A stretch of 64,000 nt of DNA from contig JAHJQN010000004.1 in NCBI GenBank assembly GCA_018819225.1, positions 256,001 through 320,000 of the forward strand. The letters are read 5' to 3'. Below, piece by piece: positions 9,460 to 19,968 of this stretch. A program made the position numbers and the translations under genes. Every line of letters begins with the position of its first letter. Positions within the stretch are counted from its first letter, which is position 1. The notes under the pieces are model-generated. The model ran no database searches, was not told where the DNA came from, and saw nothing but the letters and a program-made list of their open reading frames with translations. Origin of the DNA: Candidatus Micrarchaeota archaeon. GTDB lineage: Archaea > Micrarchaeota > Micrarchaeia > Norongarragalinales > SBBD01.

Positions 9460-10458
9460 TCACCAAAGCACGCGTTCTTGATCCACGCGCACTTTCTGAT
9501 CGGGGACTCGGTTTTTGCCATACTCGTGACGGGCTTGCATGAGACCCGTCAACGCAATCATGCCCGCATTGTCCCCGCAGAACTCAAACGAAGGAACGCC
9601 GAATTTCACGCGATGTTCCTTGCCGACGAGCCTCACCATCTCCTGCAAGCGTTTATTTCGAGCATTTCCTCCCACCAACAACACTTCTTTTTTCCGTGAG
9701 AGAACCAACGATTTCTCTACAGCCTCGCATAACATGGAAAACGCGACTTCCTGGGAGGAAAAACAAATATCGGCGGGCGGAGTCGTGGAAGGAAGACGTT
9801 TCACCGTGGTCAATAATCCCGTAAAGGATACGTTCATTCCTTTCACGGCATATGGAAGCGGAATCAATTGTCCTTTCGGCGCCGCTTTGAGGACGCCCAC
9901 CGCATCCGGCGGGGACAACCGAAGATGACGGCCCACAAGGTCGAGAAAGTTGCCTAAACCGATGTCCAGTGTTTCTCCTAAAATGGCATAACGGCGTTCG
10001 GACCCCCGCGGTTCAAGAGAAAGCAGTTGGGTATTGCCTCCCGATACGTAAACGGCGAGAGGAGAATCTTGTTTGCAGAACAAACGGCCGACCTCGACAT
10101 GGGCCAGCGCGTGGTTGACCCCCAAAAAAGGGACGTGCTGAACGACAGAAAACGAACGCGCGGCCATAAAACCAATATGCAACGAATGTCCGAGACCCGG
10201 TCCATACGAATATGCGACCATATCGACATCGGAAGGACGCATTCCGGCGGAAGCAAATGATTCCTTGAGGATGCGCGCATAGTGTTTGACGTGATGGTCC
10301 GCCAGCTGGCGGGGAATAAATCCTTCCGGCTTTGCAGGATATTTGGCGTTGACATTGGAAAGTACGCGCGTGTGGCTGGAAAAGGGATGGTCGGGATTCC
10401 CTTCGACAAGGGATGCTCCGAACGTGTGCGCGGTGGCCTCAAAACCTAGAATGCGCAT
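9460..10458 (-). CDS. kae1: tRNA N6-threonylcarbamoyltransferase Kae1 (KEOPS)
   Basis: ILGFEATAHT, YSYGPG, VNHALAH, YVSGGNTQ, GETLDIGLGN, DNAGMIA. Confidence 0.95.
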   Translation of the reverse strand: MRILGFEATAHTFGASLVEGNPDHPFSSHTRVLSNVNAKYPAKPEGFIPRQLADHHVKHYARILKESFASAGMRPSDVDMVAYSYGPGLGHSLHIGFMAARSFSVVQHVPFLGVNHALAHVEVGRLFCKQDSPLAVYVSGGNTQLLSLEPRGSERRYAILGETLDIGLGNFLDLVGRHLRLSPPDAVGVLKAAPKGQLIPLPYAVKGMNVSFTGLLTTVKRLPSTTPPADICFSSQEVAFSMLCEAVEKSLVLSRKKEVLLVGGNARNKRLQEMVRLVGKEHRVKFGVPSFEFCGDNAGMIALTGLMQARHEYGKNRVPDQKVRVDQERVLW

Positions 10459-10463
10459 TCAGA

Positions 10464-12212
10464 TCACGATTCGTGCTCATCGTTAGGGGACTCCTCGGAA
10501 TCATCGGATAGGGTATCCGCACGTTTATTATCCTGCGGATCCGAGCCCGTCAAACCCTTCAAGAAATCAAGCGGGTTTTTAGAGGAAGACGAATAATAGA
10601 GCGCGACGAGCACGATGACAACGGCGATGACGAATCCGGCGGTTGCCGCATTACCGCGTTGCCACGAAGCGAATCGAATCTGAGCATCTCGAACGGACCC
10701 GCGCACGCGACCCATAAGAGTAGCGGATTCTTGATGCCGGCGTTGTTCCAAGAGTTCACGTGCACGCGCCAACTCTTCCTCCGCATCCGCAACGTCTTCA
10801 CCGGCTGCACGAAGCCGGCGAATGCGCTCTTCCAAATCATCCATTTCTTCAACGGGAGTCATGGAAGGCGAAGGGTTCAACGAAGGAACCGGAGTCGGCT
10901 CATAAGAAGGAGAGACCGAAACGGAGGGAGTCGGGGTTAGCGAGGGATCCGGCGTTGAAGAAGAGAATGGTGGTGAAGACGGGGAAGGAGTCGATGAGAC
11001 GCTAGGGAGTGGAGTCGGAGAAGAGGAAACAGACGGCGAGCCTGAAGGAGTCGGGGTAGGGGTCGGAGTGGGTGTTGGGGTAGGAGTCGGAGTGGGTGTT
11101 GGGGTAGGAGTCGGAGTGGGAAGCGGATCCCCGGTACCGAACGAAAAATCGTATGCACCCGATTGCGTCACTTGAGCCTGAAACTCTTCCCCAGGCCACC
11201 CAGGGCCTTCAATCGCAAAATAATGAGGGGTAAAAAGACTTTCGCCGGAATTCGTCAAACGTTTCTCGCGTATCCGAAACGTGGAAATGCCGTCTGCATT
11301 GGTATCGTTCGTTTCAATAAAAGAGTGCGTTTTATCGAAAACGGAAACCGATCCTACGGCCGGTGAACTATTGTCGGCGTAAGTAAAACGGGACAGTATT
11401 CGCCATTCGACATCCACGTAAGAGGGATCGCCAAACCATCCATACCGCAACGGAACCGCCGCGCTCGCATTCAATAACGTTAACGCATTAGAGTACGATA
11501 GTTGAATATGCCAATTGGATACGGGAGTTAAAAACTGAGAGTCGAATGCATCCACGGTCGATTCTCCAATTAACAGCAGGTGAACGCGACCGCCGGAAAA
11601 CACGTTACGCTCCAATAAGGCGCCGTCCACTAATTGAAAATAAAGGGCAAAATCATTATTGATGAATTGATTGTCATCCAAGACGTTATCCGATGAGACA
11701 TAAATGAATCCACCGTACATGCTGTCTGAAAACACGTTGCGGGAAAGATGGTTGATGGAAGAATGATCTAAACGGAAACCCATAGCGCCACCCGAAACCA
11801 TATTCTCAAACACGGTGTTTCGATGAGATCCCTCCAACAGAAAACCGTATCCGTGATCCCCATTCAGGTCAATCTCATTGCCTGAAAAAATGCCGGAATC
11901 GGAGTTCACGAGTCGGATGGCCGCTATATCCGTCCCGCCCCCGGGTGTTTGAAATCGGCAATTGCTTACTTCCAAACGATCTTTTCCGGAAGCCGAAACC
12001 CCATACTTGTAAAAGGAGACGGAATGCCCGGCACAATCCAGTTTCGCGTCATGACCCACCACCAAAAAACACTCGTTCGCCGACGCAGTGACGTCCTGCG
12101 TTAAAACGTACTCCGTACCATAAAGCATTTGACAATCGTCAATCTCAGAAGCCGCACTCGGAAGAAGAGTAAAAAGCAAGAAAAAAACGAATCCCGTTGC
12201 CAACTGGTTCAT
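10464..12212 (-). CDS. Cell-surface protein with parallel beta-helix (NosD/CASH) domain, Pro/Thr/Ser linker, helical stalk and TM anchor
   Basis: Signal peptide, LDCAGHS, G-x-x-L-x-x-S-x-x-N repeats, (TP)n linker, C-terminal TM. Confidence 0.8.
   Translation of the reverse strand: MNQLATGFVFFLLFTLLPSAASEIDDCQMLYGTEYVLTQDVTASANECFLVVGHDAKLDCAGHSVSFYKYGVSASGKDRLEVSNCRFQTPGGGTDIAAIRLVNSDSGIFSGNEIDLNGDHGYGFLLEGSHRNTVFENMVSGGAMGFRLDHSSINHLSRNVFSDSMYGGFIYVSSDNVLDDNQFINNDFALYFQLVDGALLERNVFSGGRVHLLLIGESTVDAFDSQFLTPVSNWHIQLSYSNALTLLNASAAVPLRYGWFGDPSYVDVEWRILSRFTYADNSSPAVGSVSVFDKTHSFIETNDTNADGISTFRIREKRLTNSGESLFTPHYFAIEGPGWPGEEFQAQVTQSGAYDFSFGTGDPLPTPTPTPTPTPTPTPTPTPTPTPTPSGSPSVSSSPTPLPSVSSTPSPSSPPFSSSTPDPSLTPTPSVSVSPSYEPTPVPSLNPSPSMTPVEEMDDLEERIRRLRAAGEDVADAEEELARARELLEQRRHQESATLMGRVRGSVRDAQIRFASWQRGNAATAGFVIAVVIVLVALYYSSSSKNPLDFLKGLTGSDPQDNKRADTLSDDSEESPNDEHES
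11047..11121. repeat. Tandem repeat encoding a poly-(Pro-Thr) linker
   Basis: Unit gtcggagtgggtgttggggtagga repeated inside CDS 10464..12212. Confidence 0.85.
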
Positions 12213-12223
12213 GAACGGAACGC

Positions 12224-12748
12224 CTAAACTCTTTTCTTTCTTTTCGGGATAGCCGGAAGATGATTGAATGGGCCGTGAAGACGTTCACGGAAGCGCTGAA
12301 CAGGGTTTTCCCACGAATGCGTGAAAGCGAGAAGCAGAACAACCATGGCAATTAAAACACCGTAGAACATGCGGGAGAGCAAACCGTTCTTGACCTCCGA
12401 TTTCATAATAAAAATAAGCACTTCGGCTTCCCGAAAACGCGCATCCGCCTGTTCTCCTTGACCGACGTATTGCAATTGCTTGCCTTGAAGAATTAAGTCT
12501 TCAATATCTGACACATCTTCGCCCGCTGACCGCAACGCCGTCACTTGAACCTCCAGCTCCAGAATCTTATCATTCGTGAATGTCACGTAAACGACGGAAA
12601 CCCGAGGCAGCGGAGCCGCCGTATGGGGGTTGGTGGAAACGATGAGCGCCGGAACAGGGTCTTTCGAATCCAATGAAAGCGTTTGGGTTTCGATGGAAGT
12701 GATTAGCCCGCCCAGCAAAACCAGGAATAGAAAAACGGATACACGCAT
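12224..12748 (-). CDS. Secreted membrane-anchored protein consisting mainly of the helical stalk domain
   Basis: Signal peptide; LRSAGEDVSDIEDLI matches LRAAGEDVADAEEEL of neighbour; C-terminal TM. Confidence 0.7.
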   Translation of the reverse strand: MRVSVFLFLVLLGGLITSIETQTLSLDSKDPVPALIVSTNPHTAAPLPRVSVVYVTFTNDKILELEVQVTALRSAGEDVSDIEDLILQGKQLQYVGQGEQADARFREAEVLIFIMKSEVKNGLLSRMFYGVLIAMVVLLLAFTHSWENPVQRFRERLHGPFNHLPAIPKRKKRV

Positions 12749-12900
12749 GAGGCTCTAAAATCATAAATCGAGCGCGGAATAAAAAGGTTGCCCGAAGGGC
12801 ATCCGGACACGATGAGGGGTAAGTCGGCGGCAAACCCTATTTAAATACCCGTCGAATTAGAGATGATGCGTTAAGAGGGGCGAATGGCAAGGGGAATCAC

Positions 12901-14406
12901 ATGGCTAGCGTCCGGCAACAAATTCTGGAAAAACTGCAGGAAAAGGAAGTGATGATAGCGCCGCCTGCACTTGAAACGCTCGAACAACAAGAACGCGCCA
13001 TGGATTTGGTGGGTGAGCTGCTTTCCGAAAGCTCGGAACTCGTCATCAGCGAACAAGCCGTGAACGATTTTCTGGATAGCAAGACCGCCGGAAAAAAAGT
13101 CGTCCAAGTCGACGTCATTCAAAAAAAGAACTATAACCCCCCGGCGAAAAGCGTCGAACCCCAACTCGAGTTATCCGTACGGGATAGCGATATTTCCAGC
13201 AAAAGCCGGTGTACGGGAAGCGTGGACGATTTCGTACGCCACTTCCGAAACCGTTTCCGAAAACAACGCGACGTCTTGCGAGGCATTCGAAGCCAAGCCA
13301 GCGGAATCTATCCGTTAAAGGAAGCCAAAAGCGGAGTCACTCAAAGAGAATTCCGAGTCATCGGGATGGTTTATGAAAAACGCGTGACCAAAAACGGGCA
13401 CCTCCTACTCGAAATAGAAGATGAAGAAACCAGCGCGAACGTGCTCGCCGTCAAAGACTCACCCGCATTCGAGCAAGCCCAAAAGATCATGCTCGACGAA
13501 ATGCTGGCGTTTGATGTTCGGGCATCCAAATCCTCGCTCCTGATCATCCAGCGCATCGTCCAACCCGGCGCCATGCTCCAAGAACGCCGGAAAAAAACCG
13601 TTGAAGAAGACATTTCGATGGCATTTCTAAGCGACTTGCATGTCGGCAGCCGATATTTTCTTCAAGAAAATTTCCAACGCATGCTTCGCTTCCTGAATGG
13701 GGAAGGAGACGAGAAAGAAAAAACCATTGCCGGACGCATTAAATATATCTCCGTGGCCGGAGACCTCGTGGACGGAATCGGGGTGTATCCTCGGCAAGAA
13801 CAGCAACTCGTCACCAAAAATATTTATACCCAGTACGAAATTTTATGCGAATTCCTGAAAAATATTCCCGAACACATCGAAGTCATTATCTGCCCAGGAA
13901 ATCATGATGCGGTGAGAACGGCTGAACCTCAACCCGCTATTTCCGAGGAGTTTCGCCGATCCCTGAATGGCTATTCCAACCTGCATTTCGTAGGCAATCC
14001 GTCTCGCCACCGCGTTCACGGACTCGAGCACTTAATGTATCACGGAACCAGCGTCGACGGATTGATTTCTCATTCCGCGGCATTGAAGGAAGGATACGAG
14101 CATCCCGAGCAAGTCGCGGTCGCCATGCTCGAGCGGCGGCATTTGTGTCCCGTGTACGGGGAGGACCCCGTCGTTCCAGAAGTGCCGGACCTGATGTTAA
14201 TTGATGAAACGCCTGACGTATTCCATTTTGGTCACGTGCACAAGCTCGGATACCTCGAGGACTACAACGGCACGTTCGTCATCAATTCGGGAACGTGGCA
14301 GGACCGAACCGATTTTCAAGTGCGCATGGGACACATTCCATCCCCGGCACTGTTCCCGGTTTACGACATGAAGACCGGAAAAATCAAAGTGCTGAATTTC
14401 CTTTAG
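12901..14406 (+). CDS. polB: DNA polymerase D small subunit DP1 (3'-5' exonuclease)
   Basis: OB fold followed by phosphoesterase motifs SDLHVG, GDLVDGIGVYP, PGNHD, YHG, FGHVH, NSGTWQ; directly upstream of DP2. Confidence 0.96.
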   Translation: MASVRQQILEKLQEKEVMIAPPALETLEQQERAMDLVGELLSESSELVISEQAVNDFLDSKTAGKKVVQVDVIQKKNYNPPAKSVEPQLELSVRDSDISSKSRCTGSVDDFVRHFRNRFRKQRDVLRGIRSQASGIYPLKEAKSGVTQREFRVIGMVYEKRVTKNGHLLLEIEDEETSANVLAVKDSPAFEQAQKIMLDEMLAFDVRASKSSLLIIQRIVQPGAMLQERRKKTVEEDISMAFLSDLHVGSRYFLQENFQRMLRFLNGEGDEKEKTIAGRIKYISVAGDLVDGIGVYPRQEQQLVTKNIYTQYEILCEFLKNIPEHIEVIICPGNHDAVRTAEPQPAISEEFRRSLNGYSNLHFVGNPSRHRVHGLEHLMYHGTSVDGLISHSAALKEGYEHPEQVAVAMLERRHLCPVYGEDPVVPEVPDLMLIDETPDVFHFGHVHKLGYLEDYNGTFVINSGTWQDRTDFQVRMGHIPSPALFPVYDMKTGKIKVLNFL

Positions 14407-14524
14407 TATTTCACCGACGAATTTGATGCAAAATTCTACGGAAAGTCCAGAAGGCCCGCAACGGTTTTATACGTTCATGCCGATGAAGAGCAAGGGATTG
14501 AATCGTCGAGAAAAAGGGATTGAC

Positions 14525-17500
14525 ATGCCGGTATGCTCACCCGCCATCCAACAATACTTTGATGCCATCGAGGCGCAATTCAACGACGGTCTGGAAAAAG
14601 CACAAACCGCCCGCCAAAAAGGACTGGATCCGTCCACGGAAGTCGAAATCAAACCCGCCAAAGACCTGGGAGCCCGCGTGGAAGGACTGGTGGGACCCGT
14701 TGGCATTGGAAAACGGATTCGCGAGCTCTCGGAACACCCGCGCGAACAAGCGGCTTTCGTCATCGCAAAGGAAATCGTTTCCGGAATTATCCCCATACCC
14801 GTGGATACCGATAACGAGAACGAACGCAAAGAAATATTTTTGGAGCATGCGGTCCGAACCGGTCTCGCGGTGTTTACGGAAGGCGTCGTCAGTGCGCCCA
14901 TCGAAGGCATTACGGCACTGAAACTCAAGGAGAACGCGGACGGAACGCAATACGTAGCGGTCTATTTTTCAGGCCCGATTCGCGGGGCCGGGGGCACGGG
15001 ACAAGCCTTTACCCTGTTACTGGCGGATTATTGCCGCAAATTACTGGGAATCAGCCATTATCGAGCCACCGAAAGCGAAGTCGAGCGGTACGTGGAAGAA
15101 AGCAATTTATACGCGATCAAGACCCGAGCCGGCCAATACGTACCGACCGAAGAAGAAATCAGGCATATCGCGCAAAGCTGTCCGGTATGCATTACCGGGG
15201 ATCCCACGGAAGACTACGAAGTCAATGTAAACAAAGACGTTCCAAGCGTGGAAACGAATCGGGTGCGCGGGGGCTTGTGCCTCGTGCTCTCAGAAGGCAT
15301 TTGCCTGAAAGCCACGAAAGTACTCAAACTCTCAAAAAAAGCTGGTTTGAACTGGAACTGGTTGGAACCGCTCATCAAGGTCACGAAAACCTCCGCCAAA
15401 CAACTGGAGTTTAAGCCCATCGGAAAGTATATTGACGAAATTGTGGGCGGGAGACCCATTCTCGCATACCCCATGCGACCCGGAGGCTTCCGGTTGCGAT
15501 ACGGGAGGACGCGGTTCACGGGAATTGCCAGCAAAGCCATTCACCCCGCCACGATGGCTTTACTCGACGGATTCATTGCCGTGGGCACGCAATTAAAAAT
15601 CGAGAGACCGGGTAAAGGATGTATTGCCACGCCTTGCGAACGAATCGATGGGCCCATCGTCAAGCTGAAAAGCGGCGAAGTGCGTGCGTTCTCCAACGTA
15701 GAAGAAGCGCGAGCGGAATCCAGTCAGGTCGAAGAAATACTGTGGCTGGGCGATTTGCTCGTCAACTACGGAGACTTCTATAAAGCCAACCATCCCCTCG
15801 TGCCGTCTGCTTGGTGCAATGAATGGTACCAAATGGAACTGGAAGAAAAAGGCATCCGAAAAAGCGAGAAAGAAATTGATGAGATGGATGCGAGCCAGGC
15901 TTTCGCTTTATCCAAACAAACCGGCGTGCCGTTGGCTCCAAAATACACGTTTTTCTGGCACGATTTATCCGTCAACGAACTGCGCGAGTTGGCCAACGGA
16001 TTGGTGAAGGGCCATCTGAATTTCGAATGGTTTGATTTGAAAGGATATTCGTTGAAACACGATGAAACGGGGATGAAAACTAAAAAGCTCCTTGAAAAAC
16101 TTTGCGTGCCCCACCGGATGGATAACCAGGACATCGTGATTCAGAAGGAGAATGCCATCGCCGTCCTCAAAACGCTCGGCATCCTTCAAGAAAAAAATTT
16201 GTCGATGGAGTATTTCATGAACGCCTATTCCGATACGAAGGAGGTTATGGGCATCGTGAATGAGACGGCGGGCATACCCATCAAGAAAAAAGCCGGGATT
16301 TACGTGGGGGCCAGCATGGGTCGTCCCGAAAAGGCAAAAGAACGAAAAATGAAACCCCCCGTGCACGCCTTGTTTCCCATTGGAAATTGGGGAGGAAAAA
16401 TGCGCAGTCTTCTGAAGGCATCGGAACAAGTCCGTCGAAGAGAAGGAGCTAAAATCGAAGTGAATGTGGAAGTGCGGGCATGCCCGGTATGCGGAAGACG
16501 CGTCCTCGGATCCCAATGCGGCACGTGCAACGAACCCACGAAAAAGCACCTGATTTGCTCGAAACCCACGTGTCAGAGACTGAATGCGGAAGAGGCTACG
16601 GAATGCCGGCATTGTAAAAGCCCGTTGCGACAACACGAACTGCTCGTCATTGACTTCGCTAATGAATTGCATAAAGCCATGGAACGCATGCACGCGAAAC
16701 CGCATGAAATTAAAGGGGTTCAAGGACTTATTTCCGCTTCAAAAACTCCGGAGTCACTGGAAAAAGGCGTGTTGCGCGCCAAATACCAGCTCTCTGTTTT
16801 TCGAGATGGAACGTGCCGTTTTGACGGAACGGAAATCCCGCTCACGCACTTCGTCCCAAGAGAAATCGGGACGCCCATCGAACAATTGAAACGACTAGGT
16901 TACACGACGGATCGGCACGGGAAACCCCTCGAGAACGAGAATCAAGTCGTGGAACTCATGCCTCAAGACGTCGTGGTATCCGATTACGCATCCGAATACT
17001 TTATGCGCGTCGCCCAATTCGTGGACGACCTGTTAACGTACCATTATGGAATCCCGGCGTATTACCACGCCAATAGACCCGAGGACATGATTGGACGACT
17101 CATCGTATCCATTGCCCCCCATACCTCCGCAGGGATCCTGGGACGCATCATTGGAGTGGCTCCCGCTCGCGGCCTCATGGCCCACCCGTACTTGCATTGC
17201 GCATGCCGACGGAACGCCGACGGAGACGAAATCTCCTTCATTCTACTCATGGACGCGCTCCTCAATTTCTCCAAACAATTCCTTCCGGCGACGCGGGGTG
17301 GAAAAATGGACGCCCCCCTCGTCTTGACGACCATTCTGGATCCCAGCGAAATCGACGATGAAGCGCATGCGATGGACACCGTATCCCAATACCCGCTCGC
17401 ATTTTATCGTGCCAGTGAAAACATGGCCGCTCCCGGAGAGGTTCCGATTGAAACCGTTCGACAACGCTTGAACACGCCGAATCAATACGAAAACATCCAG

Positions 17501-17956
17501 TATACGCATGAAGCCAGTATGGAAGGAGTGATGCAAACCAAATACGTGCAACTTAAAACCATGCAGGAAAAAGTGGCGGAAGAGTTAAACCTCATGCGAA
17601 AAATTCGGGCGGTCGACGTTCAAAACGCTGCGGAAAAAATCATTCTCTCGCATTTCCTGCCCGATCTCTACGGCAATCTGCGCAAATTTTCAAGACAGCA
17701 ATTCCGTTGCGTGGATTGCAGTGCGAAATACCGTCGGGTTCCGTTGCAAGGCAAGTGTCGGCGTTGTGGAGGAAAAATCCTGTTGACGATCAACAAAGGA
17801 GGCATCAAGAAATATTTGGAACTCTCCAAGACCCTAACGGACACCTATCAACTTCCGCTCTACCTCAAACAACGGCTCCTCCTGATCGAGAAAGAGATTG
17901 CAAGCATTTTTGAAGACGAACGTTCCAAGCAGTTTTCATTGGCGGATTATGCATGA
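14525..17956 (+). CDS. polC: DNA polymerase D large subunit DP2 (no intein)
   Basis: EGVVSAPIEGI, YFSGPIRGAGGT, GGFRLRYGR, MGRPEKAKERKM, RRNADGDE, C-terminal Zn finger and QFSLADY PIP-like box; ATG 14525 chosen over upstream TTG because of SD and TATA. Confidence 0.97.
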   Translation: MPVCSPAIQQYFDAIEAQFNDGLEKAQTARQKGLDPSTEVEIKPAKDLGARVEGLVGPVGIGKRIRELSEHPREQAAFVIAKEIVSGIIPIPVDTDNENERKEIFLEHAVRTGLAVFTEGVVSAPIEGITALKLKENADGTQYVAVYFSGPIRGAGGTGQAFTLLLADYCRKLLGISHYRATESEVERYVEESNLYAIKTRAGQYVPTEEEIRHIAQSCPVCITGDPTEDYEVNVNKDVPSVETNRVRGGLCLVLSEGICLKATKVLKLSKKAGLNWNWLEPLIKVTKTSAKQLEFKPIGKYIDEIVGGRPILAYPMRPGGFRLRYGRTRFTGIASKAIHPATMALLDGFIAVGTQLKIERPGKGCIATPCERIDGPIVKLKSGEVRAFSNVEEARAESSQVEEILWLGDLLVNYGDFYKANHPLVPSAWCNEWYQMELEEKGIRKSEKEIDEMDASQAFALSKQTGVPLAPKYTFFWHDLSVNELRELANGLVKGHLNFEWFDLKGYSLKHDETGMKTKKLLEKLCVPHRMDNQDIVIQKENAIAVLKTLGILQEKNLSMEYFMNAYSDTKEVMGIVNETAGIPIKKKAGIYVGASMGRPEKAKERKMKPPVHALFPIGNWGGKMRSLLKASEQVRRREGAKIEVNVEVRACPVCGRRVLGSQCGTCNEPTKKHLICSKPTCQRLNAEEATECRHCKSPLRQHELLVIDFANELHKAMERMHAKPHEIKGVQGLISASKTPESLEKGVLRAKYQLSVFRDGTCRFDGTEIPLTHFVPREIGTPIEQLKRLGYTTDRHGKPLENENQVVELMPQDVVVSDYASEYFMRVAQFVDDLLTYHYGIPAYYHANRPEDMIGRLIVSIAPHTSAGILGRIIGVAPARGLMAHPYLHCACRRNADGDEISFILLMDALLNFSKQFLPATRGGKMDAPLVLTTILDPSEIDDEAHAMDTVSQYPLAFYRASENMAAPGEVPIETVRQRLNTPNQYENIQYTHEASMEGVMQTKYVQLKTMQEKVAEELNLMRKIRAVDVQNAAEKIILSHFLPDLYGNLRKFSRQQFRCVDCSAKYRRVPLQGKCRRCGGKILLTINKGGIKKYLELSKTLTDTYQLPLYLKQRLLLIEKEIASIFEDERSKQFSLADYA

Positions 17957-19185
17957 ACATGTTTAGATCCCTGGACATTCGAGGCCGGTACGCCATCGAG
18001 ATAACGGAAACGAATTTTACTCGTTTGGGCGCCGCCTTACCGCCCGGATTCAACCCGCTCATTGCCGGCAGCGATTATCGGCCGCATAACTCGGAATTGT
18101 TAAAGGCGTTGGCAGCCGGATACGGACAACCGATCCAATATGTCGGAAACGCGCCTTCTCCGGCCATCGCGTTCCTCAGTCCACATAACGGAATGGCCCT
18201 CACGGCGTCTCATAACCCAGCGAATTACAATGGAGTCAAGTTTTTCCAGCAACAGACCTACGTATCCGAATCGTTCATGGAGGCGTTGAGATCACGGTAC
18301 GGGCAAATAGCGACTCCGACCGTTCACCCGCCAAGAATCGAAAACGACATGGATCGCTTGAAAGAATACGAAAAACGATTACCCTCGTTCCAGCAAGGAA
18401 TCTATGATTTGGCCGGCGGCGCGGTATGCCGAATGAAACACCTCTTTCCTCACGCGTTATTCTCGGAGCCGGACCCGTTATTTGAAAAACACGATCCGGA
18501 GCCTAAGAATGAAACCTTGCAAATGCTCAAAGGGGCGACACGCTCGAAAAATCAAGTCGGGTTCGCATTCGATGGAGATGGCGATCGCGTCATGCTCGTG
18601 GATCAAGGTCACGTCATCGAAGGGGATATCACGGCCGCGTTTATCGCGAAACACTTGCTGTCAAAAAATGATCGCGTCGTGCTCAGCATCGATTGCCGGC
18701 AGGAAGTCTTCGAGATGCTGAAAAAAGAGAATCGTACGGTGATCACATCGAAGGTCGGGGATGCGAACGTACTGCGTTTGGCGCGGAAGCACCGCGCAAT
18801 ATTTTCCGCGGAACGCTCTGGACATTATTCCTTCTTGACCCATGCACCGAATTCGGACGGATTGTATGCGGCCGCCCGCTTATCCGATACGAGACCCGGT
18901 GAACTCGCCACGTTCGCTCAAACGTTTCGGAATGTAACCCTCAAAAAAGAAGTGAAAGGACGTTATGATTTTCAAGCCATGAGAGAGAAATTGGAGAAGA
19001 ACGTCATCGAACTGAACACGCTAGATGGTCTCAAAGCCGTTTTCGATGAGTTCACGGTTTTGATAAGAGCGTCCACCACCGAAACGAAAGTCCGCATCAA
19101 CTGCGAGGCCCCAAACGCGGAGCAAGCCAAGAAGGGAATGGCATTCGCCCTTCGCATCGTCACCGCGACGAAGAGAAAAGAATAA
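17953..19185 (+). CDS. Phosphomannomutase/phosphoglucomutase family
   Basis: LDIRG, TASHNP, FDGDGDR, SAERSGH, RASTTE. Confidence 0.93.
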   Translation: MNMFRSLDIRGRYAIEITETNFTRLGAALPPGFNPLIAGSDYRPHNSELLKALAAGYGQPIQYVGNAPSPAIAFLSPHNGMALTASHNPANYNGVKFFQQQTYVSESFMEALRSRYGQIATPTVHPPRIENDMDRLKEYEKRLPSFQQGIYDLAGGAVCRMKHLFPHALFSEPDPLFEKHDPEPKNETLQMLKGATRSKNQVGFAFDGDGDRVMLVDQGHVIEGDITAAFIAKHLLSKNDRVVLSIDCRQEVFEMLKKENRTVITSKVGDANVLRLARKHRAIFSAERSGHYSFLTHAPNSDGLYAAARLSDTRPGELATFAQTFRNVTLKKEVKGRYDFQAMREKLEKNVIELNTLDGLKAVFDEFTVLIRASTTETKVRINCEAPNAEQAKKGMAFALRIVTATKRKE

Positions 19186-19224
19186 GAAGGCGAAAAGCCT
19201 ATTCCGCGTTAGGGGTTCACCGGC

Positions 19225-19680
19225 ATGTATGCGCTACCCGTTTACGGAATACTGGACGTTTTCACCGATTTGAAGTTTGTTCTTCAAGTCATCGTTTTTT
19301 CGTACATTTTATTCTGGCTCTACATGACCTTTCGGGACGTTCAAGTGCTATTCGGACTCGGGGCCATTGTGGCGGCCTATTTTGTTCTTTTGAACCCCAT
19401 TTCCACGACCGTTTTACTCGTCTTGTTCTTCGCATTCGTGCTCATGGGAATGCACTTCCAAATGTTGTTCCAATTCGGATTATTCCCCTTGCTCCGGTTC
19501 TTTGGAGTGGAAATGGAGCATCCCGAAATGGTGGAGCAACAAAAAATGCAGAAAATTGAACAGAAGTTGATGCACGGCCAAGAACTCTCTGCCGATGAAG
19601 TGTCGTTCCTGGAAAAGAGCCAGAGAAAACAAATGGATTACCAGAAGAATATGCAGCAATACATGAGGCCGCCCACATGA
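19225..19680 (+). CDS. Hypothetical membrane protein
   Basis: 3-4 TM helices, Q/E/K-rich tail. Confidence 0.7.
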   Translation: MYALPVYGILDVFTDLKFVLQVIVFSYILFWLYMTFRDVQVLFGLGAIVAAYFVLLNPISTTVLLVLFFAFVLMGMHFQMLFQFGLFPLLRFFGVEMEHPEMVEQQKMQKIEQKLMHGQELSADEVSFLEKSQRKQMDYQKNMQQYMRPPT

Positions 19681-19952
19681 TCCAATCAATAATCGCCGCC
19701 GGCTTTCTGGAATGGATCCAGTACTTATGGTGGTTGTGGTTGTTCATCGTGGCATGGTTCTTCTACAACTGGGCCCGAGAACATCTAGCGTTCTCGCCGA
19801 TATTGACTCTCGCAGTGGCCGCCATATTGATTTTTTATTTGGTGATCGAACACCCCATTTTCGGCTCGATGACCTTGCTGGGGTGGACCTTATTATCCTC
19901 GGGAATCCTGTATTTATTGCCGTTATTCCTCCCGATGTTCAAAAAACGATGA
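19677..19952 (+). CDS. Hypothetical small membrane protein
   Basis: 3 TM helices; ATGA overlap with previous gene. Confidence 0.7.
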   Translation: MIQSIIAAGFLEWIQYLWWLWLFIVAWFFYNWAREHLAFSPILTLAVAAILIFYLVIEHPIFGSMTLLGWTLLSSGILYLLPLFLPMFKKR

Positions 19953-19968
19953 TATCGAAGGTGATGAT

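Noticed and set aside
11047-11121. Non-coding tandem repeat or mobile element
   Set aside because: Fully explained as an in-frame Pro-Thr linker
12750-12900. Replication origin upstream of the PolD genes
   Set aside because: No ORB-like repeats, no cdc6 and no long AT-rich unwinding element
14525-17956. Intein in DP2 (also checked in NrdJ and Lhr)
   Set aside because: Lengths are normal, motifs are contiguous and no intein termini were seen
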